Of a stretch of 64,000 nt of DNA, positions 28,028 through 40,573 are shown one piece after another. The DNA lies in the NCBI RefSeq assembly GCF_040938485.1, contig NW_027271532.1, positions 558,001 to 622,000 of the forward strand, written 5' to 3'. A program made the position numbers and the translations under genes. This stretch comes from Diadema antillarum. Taxonomy: Eukaryota. The notes beneath the pieces are model-generated. The model saw only the letters and a program-made list of their open reading frames with translations, searched no databases and had not been told where the DNA came from. Every line of letters begins with the position of its first letter. The first letter of the stretch is position 1.

Positions 28028-28350
28028 TACTGTATATGCCATGATAAAATGTAGAACAGATTTTCCAAAATGATCTCAAACTATGTAACCCTCCGTCAAC
28101 CATGACACAAGCACCAGGTTTGAACTTTGATGGCGATATGATGATCAGTCCTGTAAAACCCAGAAACATTTGCAAATAATGGAGCTGACTGCCTTTTTCG
28201 CAGCATGAAATTTTAGCAAATTGGCAACTGCATTCAATGCATGCATGGTGCAGGCAAAAGACATTTCCATGACTTTTACTTTCATGAATTTTGGCTCCTC
28301 GTGAAATTAGTGAAACTTTCATGCACGCAAAAATTTCTAGTTCTACGGTA
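28028..28350. mobile_element. Possible TA-flanked MITE remnant (TACTGTA...TACGGTA)
   Basis: Short terminal match only; the right end GTGAAACTTTCATGCACGCAAAAATTTCTAGTTCTACGGTA resembles a common invertebrate MITE end (from memory). Confidence 0.35.
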
Positions 28351-30944
28351 CCTGCACTTACCAGACTGTATGATACCTGCGGCATAACGATCAAATTTGA
28401 GAACACAATAAATTTTCCTAACTAAAGAAAGCAATCAAAATATTTCCAAATCTAGATATCAAGGAACTACTCTGTAACTGCTGACTCAATACCAATCTGC
28501 CATAAGTTGAGTTGAATTAAGCCTCAAAGTTAAGATGCAAAAGCATTTCCCCTATCTGTGGCACTGGTGAAGTAGTATAAAGGAAAAACAGAAAGAAAGG
28601 GGGGGGGGGGGGAGGAGGTGGAGAAATCAGTGAGGACCTCACTCCCACAGCCTGCATGCAGCAGGTACACTCCAGAAAGAACCAGATTTTAAAGACTGAA
28701 AGGGGGAGAGAAAGGGAATATTAATTGGGGTGAAGGACTGCTCACATCTTGATTAGAGGAGGAGGGTGGGGGAGGGAGGGAGGGCATGCAAACTACCAAG
28801 AGGACTCAAAAGAACATCTTAAAAGCAAGATGAAGGGAATTCTGATGAAACTGAGCAGGAAATAGTGTGGGAGGATAAAGGATGGAAAAGAGCCCGACGA
28901 CAACCAGGCAGCGACACTGATTAATGGCATGATGGGCCACTGTCAGATTCATTGCCTGGTTGCCGTGGCAACAAAATGATGCCCTCACAGAGACCCAGGC
29001 ATCTTCCTTTCTCCCCCTCGCATCTCTTCTGCAGAACGCTCTGACTCCATTTTCCATCCCCAGCTGCCTGTTGAGCATGTGAGCCTGGCTGCCTCCAGGA
29101 TGATAGACATGAGATAAATGCACTGCTCCGTGAATACATCTGATGTAAATCTATTTCATTATATCTTCCTCTCTCACTGTCCCTGTGTATCTAATTCATT
29201 CATGGGTGATATACAAATATATGAACATATAAATCTACAAATATATGAATATATAATTCTATTACTATATGAATCAAGAATATATTTCTATATAAATATA
29301 TAGATGTATACTTAAATACATATATGTCTATATTAAAGTGCATGTCTGTCTGTATGTGTGTTCTTGCAAAAAATTCTGAACATGGCTACAGACACATACA
29401 GGGACAGTACTGCTGTGAGTCTGAATGTTGGATGAAAACAATTCCCACTTGAATTACAAGAGTCTGTATAACTGAAGCAATTTTTGTCATTTTTGTCATT
29501 ACAATGGCGAAGAATCTCCACAGTATTGTGTGTAATCATCTGTCACGACATGGCCGCTTTTCTTTTTGTCTCCAATCACGCAAAGCTAGAAAACAATACG
29601 ATGTCTCATGGGGTTGTTTTACCCTGTGATCCGGCTACAACTCTGATGAAGTGCCATGTACATGTGCACCTGCACTGCCTTGACATGAAATATGTTCAGT
29701 AATGTCTACCCTGTTTTATCGCTCTTTGATTCTTCAAGTGCTTCCACCAAAGACCTTCTGGTAAATGAATCTGATGTAGAGCAGCCTCCATGACTCCAGG
29801 ATCGTCAGGTTTGGCCCTTTTTTTGTTGTTGAAATGCCACATGTGGTAAAAGGGGTTTGGGTAATGTGCCGGTACGTGAGTGAAGATTAAAAAAGAACTG
29901 CATATTTTGGGATGAATGCTTCCACTCGGCTACCAGTAAGTCTCAAAAGACCATCCCATTCCAGATGTCATGCAAAAGATTTCAAGCCACATGTGGGACT
30001 GCGCACTTTTCTTGCTGGATTGACTGCGGTGATGAAAAGATATGGCGTATCACGTTTTTCAGCAAGCAAAAGTCACTGCAGGCCTTTACTATTTTTTTGG
30101 CCTTTGAATTTGAGCTAACGGAAAAACATACACATATCTTTCAATATCTGTCCTTCTATCTATCTATCTATCTACCTATTTCTCCAAAGGAATGAATAGA
30201 AGACACCACTAATCTATTTCTGTTTTGATGATAACAAAAGTCAGTGTAAAGCTATCATGTAACCAGGCATGATACATATTACACAGAAAGAAAAACTGAC
30301 AGATACAAAAAGAAATTATAATACTGTGGCAGTGGCGCTTTGCTCAGGCATTAGACATTCTCATAAATGACTAGAGCTGAGGAAAGAATCTCAGTGTTAT
30401 GACATGAATGTCAACGAGGAAAAAAAAATCCTCTGAAGAGGTGCTTCAAATGTTTAATAATGGCCCTTAGCTACAGAAAACACTATGTCAGAGACCTTTC
30501 TTTTTATTTTTTCCCCCACAGAAGGTATAATTTCAGGTTTGCTCAAGACAAGATTATTACGATAGCATTCTTGCTTTGACCCAAGCACAAATAAATGACA
30601 AATATACATTGGGCATTAACTTTATCTAAAACAACTGCTAGACAGGACACAAGAAAAGAGGGTGAATACTCAAGACAGAGTAATTCAGAAAATCTTGGGA
30701 ATGTGAAAAAAAAGAGTTTTCAAGGGAACTTCACAGACAAAGCAAGATATTAGGAACAGAAGCACTACTGAAAATGGGAGTATCATAAGAACTGCTAATA
30801 ATAATGGACTAATAGTAATAAGAACTGTATAAACATCCAATGCACAATGACAAAAGTACAAACACACTTGCGGTTGTGTCCTTAAATCATTTTGGGTACT
30901 TGAAGGTGATTAGAGATATACAGATAGATAGATGGATCGATAGA

Positions 30945-31118
30945 NNNNNNNNNNNNNNNNNNNNNNNNNNNNNNNNNNNNNNNNNNNNNNNNNNNNNNNN
31001 NNNNNNNNNNNNNNNNNNNNNNNNNNNNNNNNNNNNNNNNNNNNNNNNNNNNNNNNNNNNNNNNNNNNNNNNNNNNNNNNNNNNNNNNNNNNNNNNNNNN
31101 NNNNNNNNNNNNNNNNNN
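30945..31118. other. Assembly gap or masked run (174 N) flanked by GATA/GA repeats
   Basis: Run of N. Confidence 0.99.
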
Positions 31119-33121
31119 GAAAGAGAATGGTGTATACCCCATAGTTGGCATTCGCCCTGGCCGTGTCCTAGAGCCATCGATTTATGAGTACTGCCAAGAT
31201 TAAAATCCCTCCACAAGCCGACATCACCTTCAGGCCAACAATTCATCAGTCTACATTTCATGTGGTGCATTCTTCACTAATTTGAGTATGAAAAATCATC
31301 CCCTTCTTATCCAATCCCAAATCATTTCTTAAACACAACCGTGCAATTTCCAATTTATGCTTTATAATGTGATTATATTAGACCACCCGTGGGTAGCTTC
31401 AGACGTTGCAATTGTTCATCCGTCACATTTTGGCAAGTTTCGGTGTGAATGGCACCTGACATTGAAGAGATTATGAACGGGGAAAGTTCGGCAGGGGAGA
31501 TAGCGGTGTGCAAAACCAGAATCAATGGACGCAAATGTTTATGCTGGTAGATTACTACATTAGTCTTGTTGCACAAATGTATACATAATCATGTTCAGAT
31601 ACATTATATGTAGGCCTACACACACGTATGGGTAGAACATATGAACAAAAAAGGTACAGATATTTATATATCATACACATACACACACAGTGATAGCTAG
31701 TTTGAGTTCGTGAGGCAATGCGATATTTCAGAAGCATAGGCTTAAAGATCAAAGGAGAACAGGGAGAGACAGTGAGAGTGAGAATACACGCATGTCACTG
31801 CATATCCAAAGATTACAATTTTTGTTGTTGAAATGTCATTGCTTTTGGCATGATATTCCATTCTTGTATCTATCTTTTAATTAAAGAATGACTACATGGT
31901 CCAGGCCCCATAATTACATAAATCATTAGTTCCTGCCCTTTCTATTAGCATTCCTATTCACACATTCTTTCGATCATCCGACTCTCTCACTTTCTACCAC
32001 TAACGCTCCCCTATATTTTCTCCCCCCCCCCCCCCCGCCCCTTTCTTCCTTCCCCCTTCCCTCTCCCTCCACCCCTTACATCTTAACCTGCCTATAATTT
32101 GTCTTCTATCTTCCCACCCATGCCCCAGCCACATCCTAGGCACCCATTCATCTCCCTGAACCGTATCTGCGGGTCTCATCTTTCTGCTCCCCCCTTTCGG
32201 CTAATGGCGGTGAACTTAGCTGTGAGGACCTCGCGGCCACGAATCTGAGAGAGTCGTTGAAATGAAATATGCTCGGGCAGACAACTTTATGGCAGCTCTC
32301 GGGAGAGCGTGTAATAGATTCTTTTTTCTTTTTTTCTTTTTTTTTCAGGGGGAAATCAGTCTGAATGAACTAGTCTCGCCCTCCACAGACATGAATTTTT
32401 ACGAACTAAATCAAAACTTTGCGATTACAGATTGTCCAAATTTCAAGTGAAAAATATGGGTGATATTATGAATACAGATCAGTTTTGAATGTTGTAACAG
32501 AACCTGCCACTAGCAGGGGAATTGTGCATGCAAATGATCCACCACATGCACAAATTAAAACAAGGATACACACGAACGGAAACAAATTTTCAAGTCATCT
32601 TTTGACAGAGAATACACCTGCAACATAGTTATACAGGACTTGATAGAGGGCAAAATATGAAGTCGAGTGCTCAAAAATTTCTGAGCAACTCTGAACCAAA
32701 ATTTCACTGCTGCATTTACTGATCTGGATGTAGCCACAGACACATATTAATATTTTCGACCATTTCTACTCCATCTATCACTCCACCACCACTGCACATT
32801 TGCCAGAGAGTAAAACTCATACTATGGAATGAATCATGCTATTGAATGGAAATGCAGAAAGAATAAAGAGAGAGAGGAAAAAAAAACTATGATAAAGCAA
32901 CTGAAAAGGATAGAGAAAGAGAGAGAATATATGCAAGATAAAGGTAGAAAATTCTTGGTAGAGTTGAATGTGGAGATGCACAAAAAAGGAGCTGGGCATA
33001 GATAGGGATGAAAGAATGACCCTCCTACTCTACCACTTCCTGAGGTATACGCTTTCAGCACGACCCTCGTGTTGCAAGAAGTCGACTCTGGGGGCTAAGT
33101 ATACTCTTTGGATCTGCACAA

Positions 33122-33261
33122 TCAACTTGCACATAATGACGCAGTCGTGGGTACAAAAGGGTCGAGGGGCGAGGATAAGTGGAGGAAGAGTAAAGGGCGG
33201 GGGCGCTGCGGGCAGACGAGGGATGGAAGAATTGTCCGTGTCGCCTTGACGTTGACATCGA
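33122..33261 (-). CDS. Candidate phase-1 terminal exon (V)DVNVKATRTILPSLVCPQRPRP...SLCAS*
   Basis: Acceptor TTAATTCTTTACCAAAGCAG; GC-rich; the phase-0 frame is also open (to 33055), so the frame is ambiguous. Confidence 0.3.
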
Positions 33262-34535
33262 CTGCTTTGGTAAAGAATTAACTTCTATCTATACTGGAAT
33301 CTGAAAAGTGGTAGCTTTCTATCGTGCTGCAAAATACATTCCTTACACTCAGAAGAAGTATGAATGTCTCATGCTCTGACTTGGGGGGGGGGGGGGGGGA
33401 GGTTTTTGATCGAGGGCAGCATTTACACAGTTCTATGCCCTGCAAAGCAGGTGAAAAGAGTTAAGCGAGCTTATGTGATTTAGATGAAAGCGAGAATGCA
33501 CTGACAAAATGTGTCAGGTACACATAGAAAAACAAAACTTGAAATATTCCTAAAATCACAGAGAAAGATAAAGAAGATAAAGGATATTAATACAGAGAGA
33601 GATATCAGTGAAAAAGGAAGGTATAGAGAGGGGGGAGGGGGGAGGGGAAGGGGGAAGGGGGGAGCAAGAGGTAGAGGAGAAAGTGACAAAGTTAAGGGAG
33701 ACCGAGCCTGCCATCCGTAAGGAAATCTCGTTTTTCTCACTTGGCCTGATTCAGGTCATTTAACGTGCCCGCTTGATATAGGCTCTAAGAGGGCAAGAAA
33801 TCCCACGGTACACTCACTCCGAGTGGAGGAGGTCATGTGACAAGTACGGGGGGGGGGGGGGGGGGGGGGGGTTTCTACCGAGACTCCAGCCTGTGTCAGA
33901 TTGGGGCGATCTTTCGAGCTCCTTCGCTCTCACACCAACAACAAGAACAAAGAAAGAGGGACTTGTGACAAGTGTGAAATCTTGTCCAGTAAAGATGCGT
34001 TGCATGAGCAAGCTGAAAATACATCATGCACGGACACTTACTGCGGTTGTTTTATGGCATCTCAAATACGGAATTACTGCATTAATTTGTTGGATTTCAT
34101 ATCTCAATAAGCCACTAGCGGCAACCCACGTGGGGCCAAATCACTCCAAGCATTATGGGATAAAGTTATCCTGCGAAATGTGGTTGGGTGACTGACGCAA
34201 TTGATCTTCCATTTCACAAAACCGGTGTAGGGCTCCATAGAATATATCTGCATACACTTAGGTCTGTGGAAGTCCTTCTGTCTCTAAATCTTTTGAGATA
34301 AATGCTCCCTATACTAAGACTCTACAAAAACTAGCCAAATACAAATCTGAGTCTGTCCTGGCAAGACGTCTTCTACACAGCATATTTCATGTAATCAGGA
34401 ACAAAACGATCTATCTACCTTTTACCTCACTATGTATATAGGACCCCCTACTCCCTTTTATTTAGAACTCAGAAAAAAAAAAACAATCAAATGATTAATC
34501 GTAAAAGGCAATATCTGGTTACACTTGCGACTTAC

Positions 34536-34547
34536 GCCATGATCTAT
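34536..34547 (-). other. Candidate 12-nt microexon ATAGATCATGGC
   Basis: TTTTGGTACAG|...|GTAAGT; frame-preserving length; modest pyrimidine tract. Confidence 0.25.
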
Positions 34548-35316
34548 CTGTACCAAAATTTAGCCCCCGAAAATGAAGGGCTCTGTACATGAAACAATGA
34601 TCACGTGGTGGGTACTTCAGTCGTACGAAGAGCCTGCCCATGAGAATCTAACCCAACGTGTCGTCACAATGTGCTTAACGTGATTAGCCGTGATCTAAGA
34701 AAACGATGGCACACAAACGGGCTTGTATTGAGTGGGCTCCATGGAAATAAACATGTGCTTCCCTTTCCGGGAAACCGGCTTGCACACCATTTCCACTGCC
34801 ACATTTGGGCCGCCATGTGTGCATTGCTGCTGACTGAAGGGGGGGGGGGAGCAGCATAGAAAAAAAAAATGGGGAAAAAAACCCCAAAATTTGAGGACAG
34901 ATTTTTTGCAGGGTCAATGTTATGCGAGATGGCAACTTTCTTGCAGCTCTGGATATACATCTGGAGGGAAGGCAAACACGTCCGTTCAGAATTCATAACG
35001 GACCAGAAAATTTTTAACTGCTTTTCCTGTGAGAGACGTCTGTCAACTTAATGTGGATGTACATATGCATATGCAAGAGTGTATGTGTGTGTGTGTGTGT
35101 TTGTGTGTGTGTGTTTGTGTGTGTGTGTGTATGCTAGGGAGGGGATGGGAGGGGAAATAATTGAAAGAGTACTACTTTACCCCCTCGTCCTCACATTTGT
35201 AAAGTTATAAAAATAAACTAACTGGACAAAGTTTTTTTTTTTTTGGGGGGGGGAGGGATCTTTTTCAAGGGTGATGGAGGGGTTACTAGTAGTGGCTGGA
35301 AGGCTAGTAGTAGATA

Positions 35317-35461
35317 TTAAAAGTCTGACCATTTAGAGACAACAGGTGCACTAATTTGGCTCCAATGAGGTACGTTGTTGCCCGGTTGACCTTTGAAATG
35401 GGACTCGTCAAGTTTATACAGGAAGGGCAGCCGGGGAGAAATAGGACCATCTTCCTGTGCT
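35317..35461 (-). CDS. Candidate phase-2 terminal exon (R)AQEDGPISPRLPFLYKLDESHFKGQPGNNVPHWSQISAPVVSKWSDF*
   Basis: Strong acceptor AACTTCCTCTTTATTCTGCAG; phase matches the donor of 36445-36496. Confidence 0.35.
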
Positions 35462-35718
35462 CTGCAGAATAAAGAGGAAGTTGATAGCTTTCGTGATGAA
35501 GTGCTTGGTGCCGACTGGAAGATAGGCGTAGGTATGATGCAGTACAGGTTATATGCATTTTTTTTTTAATTCATTTTTTTTTTTAAGAGATAGACCTATA
35601 TGCCAAGTGACATGATGTATGTATAGTCATGCATTTTATGAACACTTGGCTCAGTGGGGCAAAATTTGCGAATAATACTATCTTAATCATAACTGAACTT
35701 ATTCAATAGTTTGCTGCC

Positions 35719-35811
35719 TTAACCCATTGAGGACAAGTCCCGAGTATACTCGGGCAGGTGTCTATGGGAAATGCGTGTTCTAGCAAAATCAGTCTGTCTT
35801 CAATGGGTTAA
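35719..35811 (+). mobile_element. Short piggyBac-like MITE (93 bp including TSDs)
   Basis: TTAA-CCCATTGAGGAC...GTCTTCAATGGG-TTAA, with a near-perfect TIR and TTAA TSD. Confidence 0.9.
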
Positions 35812-36444
35812 TTAGGAAGAGGTATCACTCTCTCTCTTTTCTTTTTCTCTCCCCTTTTCCTTTCTTCCTGTGATTAAAATGAAATATGGCAAATATGGTG
35901 CTACACCGTGACCTACATATGCAGTATGGTGGTTGCCGCAGCCAGTGGGCAATTTTGGGAGCACCGTGTCCGGGCGACCACAGGAAGTGGAACAAACCTG
36001 GCCCTGTGTCATGTTTTAATGGCGAGTCAGGGCAGGGATGGTATGGTGGATGGAGGGGAGATGAGTCCATTGTTATGATCGACTGGCATGCCCCTGAACA
36101 ACGCGAACGCCGCTGCCAAGCTGCGAGGACTGGGCAGAGGTGTTGTGGGCAGAGGTGTCGGCCAGATTGTACTGGCGATCGATGGATATTTGAAAGCTCG
36201 TTATTGTGAACATTTGGTTGGTCGAGCCGCTTCCTACGGCTCTGGAACTGGCCGATGTCACTTCTATAAAATTCCACGTCGCCTCCTTCCCCCATCCCCT
36301 TCCCCCCCCCCCCCCCCCCTCGAACCAAAAGATCCTCAAGCGTGATTTGGACAGCTATGTGCCACCAGGACAGACCTCATGGTGGGGAATTTGACAGCTA
36401 ACTAATCGGATGAATAGAGATCAATTCTGGTATTCCCTCCTCAC

Positions 36445-36496
36445 CTTGTGGCCTTGAATTCGACTTGCTTCACAGGCCAGAGAAGTGGGTCAGCGA
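36445..36496 (-). CDS. Candidate 52-nt internal exon (V)ADPLLWPVKQVEFKAT(R), phase 1 to 2
   Basis: ATTCCCACCGACAG| ... AAG|GTGAGG; only this frame is open. Confidence 0.4.
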
Positions 36497-36637
36497 CTGT
36501 CGGTGGGAATCAATGCTCGGGCAGTGTGTGTGTGTGTGTGTGTGTGGGACTGAGTTAGATTTGTTGAATTATACACACAGCTGAGAGCACACGCAATCCT
36601 TCCTCTAACAACTCGCCTCTGCTTCTCATCCCACAAA

Positions 36638-37164
36638 GGCTGCATTTGTCTAACTCTTAGAGAGAATCACGCTTCAAAACATGTTTTGAATGGCGTTTAC
36701 GAAAATGGTTTGAAACGCCGTTCTTGGGGGAGCCGCGCTCATCTAAACATCATATAATGGTTATTCGAGTGTTGCCACTGGGCTGCTGCTTTGCGCCGTT
36801 CGACCCGGGAAGTAGAGGTCAACTGCGTGTACCTGTACCATCAAAGTGCATGCCTTCATCACACGTACAAACAACGGGTAGAAAACGCAAATGGCGTGCG
36901 CTTGTCTCCGGAACCGAAAACAGCTTGAAGTTGTCCTGTGTAGCTCAGAGATAAACATGTCTCATAACGGCATTGTGTTTATTTACTCACAGAAAGGCAA
37001 TCGTGGTTTCAAGTCGCATTAAAAATCGCCCTTTGAATGGTGTTTCATATCGGCGTTCCTAAATGTGTTTGAAAATGCGGTTGTCATTATCTATCACCCC
37101 AAAATGCCTCAATCGCATTTAGGATCATGACTCTGCCTCAGAAACTTGTTTAATAAACGCACCC
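36638..37164. mobile_element. MITE with GGSTGCRTTT termini (PIF/Harbinger-like)
   Basis: GGCTGCATTTGTCTAACT versus reverse complement of the right end GGGTGCGTTTATTAAACA; further subterminal inverted similarity. Confidence 0.6.
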
Positions 37165-37512
37165 CATGTTGGACCAATGGGGCACATTATCTACCCCATG
37201 CTCCAAGCTCATAACATGGCTGATGTCAAATATTTCAAGTCAAAAACACTCCCTTGGAGTGACAGATTGAGATTCTAAATTGCACAGATGAGCAAATTGA
37301 CAGAGACCTGATTCAGGCACACCATTTGAACTCACTTCTGTTACTGATAAAAACTTTGGTGCTACACGTAGGAGTCCATAAATCCAAGAATACAGAGGCT
37401 ACCTATGCAAGGAAAAAGAAAAATGAAGGGAAGATAGAAAAAATACCATCTATCTGCTATGAAATGGGGGGGGGGGGCTGTTTGTTACAAAACATGCTCC
37501 CCTTCCAGTAAC

Positions 37513-37586
37513 TCAATGTGGCGAGTCAATGTCCTCAAGGTATTCTCGATCGAATCTCATCCATGGATACAGGGCTTTCCATCCTC
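37513..37586 (-). CDS. Candidate phase-1 terminal exon (G)GWKALYPWMRFDREYLEDIDSPH*
   Basis: Strong acceptor CTCCATCTTTTTATCCTGCAG; the phase-1 frame is the longest of the three. Confidence 0.35.
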
Positions 37587-37654
37587 CTGCAGGATAAAAA
37601 GATGGAGATCACTTCCACAGCACATGAGCTCTTAGATCTCTCTGCCCATCTTCC

Positions 37655-38050
37655 TTAAAGGGATTGTATAGTTTTGGTTGAGACCTAATTTCAGGTTTCT
37701 AACATTTTTTTTTTTTTGGTGAGATAATGAGAAACCTCTTATGAAAAAAGAAAGAGCATGTAATTCAATGAGGAATTCAACGTTTATTTGATGAAAATTG
37801 GTATTAAAATGGCTGAGATATCCAAAACAGAGTGATTCTAATAAGTGTGGGATTCGCACTTTATTATGATCGCTCTGTTTTACTTTGTTTTTGGATGTTT
37901 CAGTCATTCCAAACCCGATTTTCATCAAATAAACTTTGAATTCCTCTTACAATGGTATGCTCTGTACTATTTCATTAGTGTTTTCTTGGTATCTTGCAAA
38001 AAGTTAAAAGCCCAATTCTCATCTCCACCAATACTGTATCATCCCTTTAA
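37655..38050. mobile_element. MITE, TTAA TSD, Kolobok-like, with long internal inverted repeats
   Basis: TTAAAGGGATTGTATAGTTTTGGTTGAGA versus reverse complement TTAAAGGGATGATACAGTATTGGTGGAGA; internal GAGGAATTCAACGTTTATTTGATGAAAAT / ATTTTCATCAAATAAACTTTGAATTCCTC. Confidence 0.9.
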
Positions 38051-38234
38051 ACACCTCATCGGTTGCCATGACAACCTGCCTCATCTCCTTTCTCTTTCTT
38101 CTTCTTCTTCTCACCTCCACCCCCACCCCCATCCCCTTCATCACGTATGGCAGGGATGCTGCAGGTGCAATGGAGCCGGAGGACAGGGGAGCGTTTAGGA
38201 GGACTAGGGGGAAGTGGGCGCACAGAGGAAGTAC

Positions 38235-38252
38235 CTGGCTTGAAATCACCAG
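38235..38252 (-). CDS. Candidate 18-nt microexon CTGGTGATTTCAAGCCAG (GDFKP in phase 1, or LVISSQ in phase 0)
   Basis: Pyrimidine-rich AG-free stretch ending CCTAG; donor CAG|GTACTT. Confidence 0.3.
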
Positions 38253-40570
38253 CTAGGTTTGTGTAGTGATGGTGAAATCAGAAGAAGAGCCAGAAAGGAT
38301 ACGCCCGTGTGCGCTCTCTGTCGATATACATGTACACTGTATTCTGTTTAATATGAGATTACTGTCACGTGTAGAAAAAATCACATCACATTTGACAGCT
38401 ATTTGTGTCTTGTGTGATAGAATCTCTTCTTCACTGTATCTCCTTGAAGTGTGATTCTCTATGGGTTATTCATGATCCTTGATGTGCGCATCGGTTGTAT
38501 TCCCCTTCGACAAAGTGCAAATTTACACCGAATCAAACTCATCGTGTGGATCTAAATATGTCTTCCTAGAATGATTAGTACCTAAAAATACTTCTGTATG
38601 CAAAGTTTTACATCTCACCACATGCAGCTGATTATGCAAGAGCACAGAAAGAAAAAAGAAGTCTGCTATAATCAATCTCTATTTTACTCCTGTCTCTTTT
38701 TCCCACTCCTATTTTAGTAGACGGCATTCCTGCGACAAAGAGTGAGCGCGGTCAGCGATTCAGAGTGGGAGGGAGCGGCCGGGCGATGAGGAAGTGCCAC
38801 GAGGCAAGACGATGGCTTTGACGCAATCGTCTCCCAACCTCCCAACCTTCTCCCTTCCCCCCACCCCACCCCAACCAAGGCTGGCCCATTGCAAGTCGTT
38901 CGGCGTCACCCTGTTAGACGGGTCAATACATTACGCCGCATCCCTTCGTCTTCGTGGAAGCGTTCACGGCCAGCTGGGATAGGCTTCCACCGCACCTTCC
39001 TCCTCTTTTCCCCCTCTTCTCATCTCTTTATCCTTCTCCCCTCTCTTTTTCTTTTCATCCCAATCACTTCTGCAAGATACAAAAAACAAAAACCACCACC
39101 AGAAAGCCCTGAAAAGCTGGGCATCAAAAAGGGCTCTTGATTCTCAGTGAGACCTTTTTCTTACCCCTCTCCATCTCTCACTCTCTCTCTCTCAAGAACC
39201 TCATTTGCATTCAGTTTTCCTAAGCCTCCTCCACCGCTCCTGAGGGATTGCACTCAAATCATGTTCCCTGCTCATGAATGATTGCATTGTTGCCTCCTTT
39301 AAACTCATAGCACATAGCTTTTATCGTAATATAGCTTTTAGAAATCTATGGATTGAACTCTAAATGATAGATATCCTCCATACCCTCCTATTTTTCTTTC
39401 TCCTCTCAAGTTTATCAACCACTGTAATGTATTCAACATCATTTATACTTTTTTTTGCATGGTGTATGTAATCATTCTCCGCCTACAACCATCAAATTTG
39501 AACTCATCAAAACCTTTTCTTGAAAGCACTCCAAATCTAATACCTTTGTGAAGACTAAAATATCCATTATTGTGGTGGGTTACTTCTTTCTCATGAAAGT
39601 TGGGACTCTGAGATACAACAGACACAATGTCTTGATATATCCCCCCACCTCTCTTTACACTATCTCTTGCAGACCATACATGGTGAGTTGAATCAGAGAA
39701 TTTATGAAAAATTTTGTGTCGTTCATATATGCGCACATACACCATAAAAGGCAAAGTCTCAACAAGGACAAAGTTTTTGCATCACATTATTGTGATCATC
39801 ATGAAAAAAAGTGACCCTTTTGTGTCTTCACAGATACAGACACACATGCAAGTTTACATGTATGTTTGCGTTGTGTATCAAAAATCTGGTTTGATCGCAA
39901 GCACAGTTTATAGGTGTGTGAGAACAGGCAAATTGTCTGCACTGGCGCTATTGATGTATTTCAGACTGGCGGTGCATCGCTCACTGTGTGGGACTGCTAC
40001 TCCCTCTTTTCCGTGGTGCAAAATATCCACGTGAACGGGTCAATCATCTACACCAACATTCAGCTGAGATATGATGTGTGTTTCAGACTGTCTGTGCCTC
40101 GCTGCATGCGACTCTTCTCGCGCATCAACAGGAAGACTGTCTGTCTGCCTTGCGCGCAATATAAGTCGCTATTTTGTCAATAGAGAGAGACAAGAAGCCC
40201 ACGAAAAACAAACGAGTGCCTGGCAAACTATTACCAACCTATACTTTGTGCTACCATGATATCAATTTTATGGCATCCCAAGAAGCCTGCTGGTACATTT
40301 CACATTAAGACAATATTGAATTTTCTCTCATTTTCAGGTGTCTAGTAGTATTAAAAACAAAAAGTGAAAAGGGGGGGGGGGGGTTGTGGTAGGAGGAGAG
40401 AAGGGATACACCTTCTGGCATTTTTTTTTTCAATGGCAGAGACGTACACAGACACTCCTGATAGAAAAACCGCATGTCATTGCTTTTAAGACTTCGCAAA
40501 TATCAGTACCATTTCCTATGCCTGACACAAAATGTATTGATTACCAGTATTGTTTTCTACTGGTACATAC

Positions 40571-40573
40571 CTG
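40571..40573 (-). other. Candidate 3-nt microexon (CAG) or recursive splice point
   Basis: TACTAAT branch-like motif, about 55-nt AG-free pyrimidine tract, CTCAG|CAG|GTATGT. Confidence 0.4.

Noticed and set aside
27759-28406. Longest ORF in the window (215 aa, minus strand)
   Set aside because: Runs through a probable MITE remnant, has no recognisable domain, and its composition is Cys/Ser-random
29131-29152. 12-nt match to recalled miR-2002 (TGAATACATCTG); similar 11-nt match to miR-2007 at 57424
   Set aside because: The 3' halves diverge and no hairpin arm is present
33901-34110. Cys-rich ORF (GTCDKCE...CTDTYCGC)
   Set aside because: Spacing fits no zinc-finger class I can name; no splice support
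39914-40183. Protein-looking 89-aa + strand ORF
   Set aside because: No recognisable family, weak acceptor, and the antisense frame is similarly open
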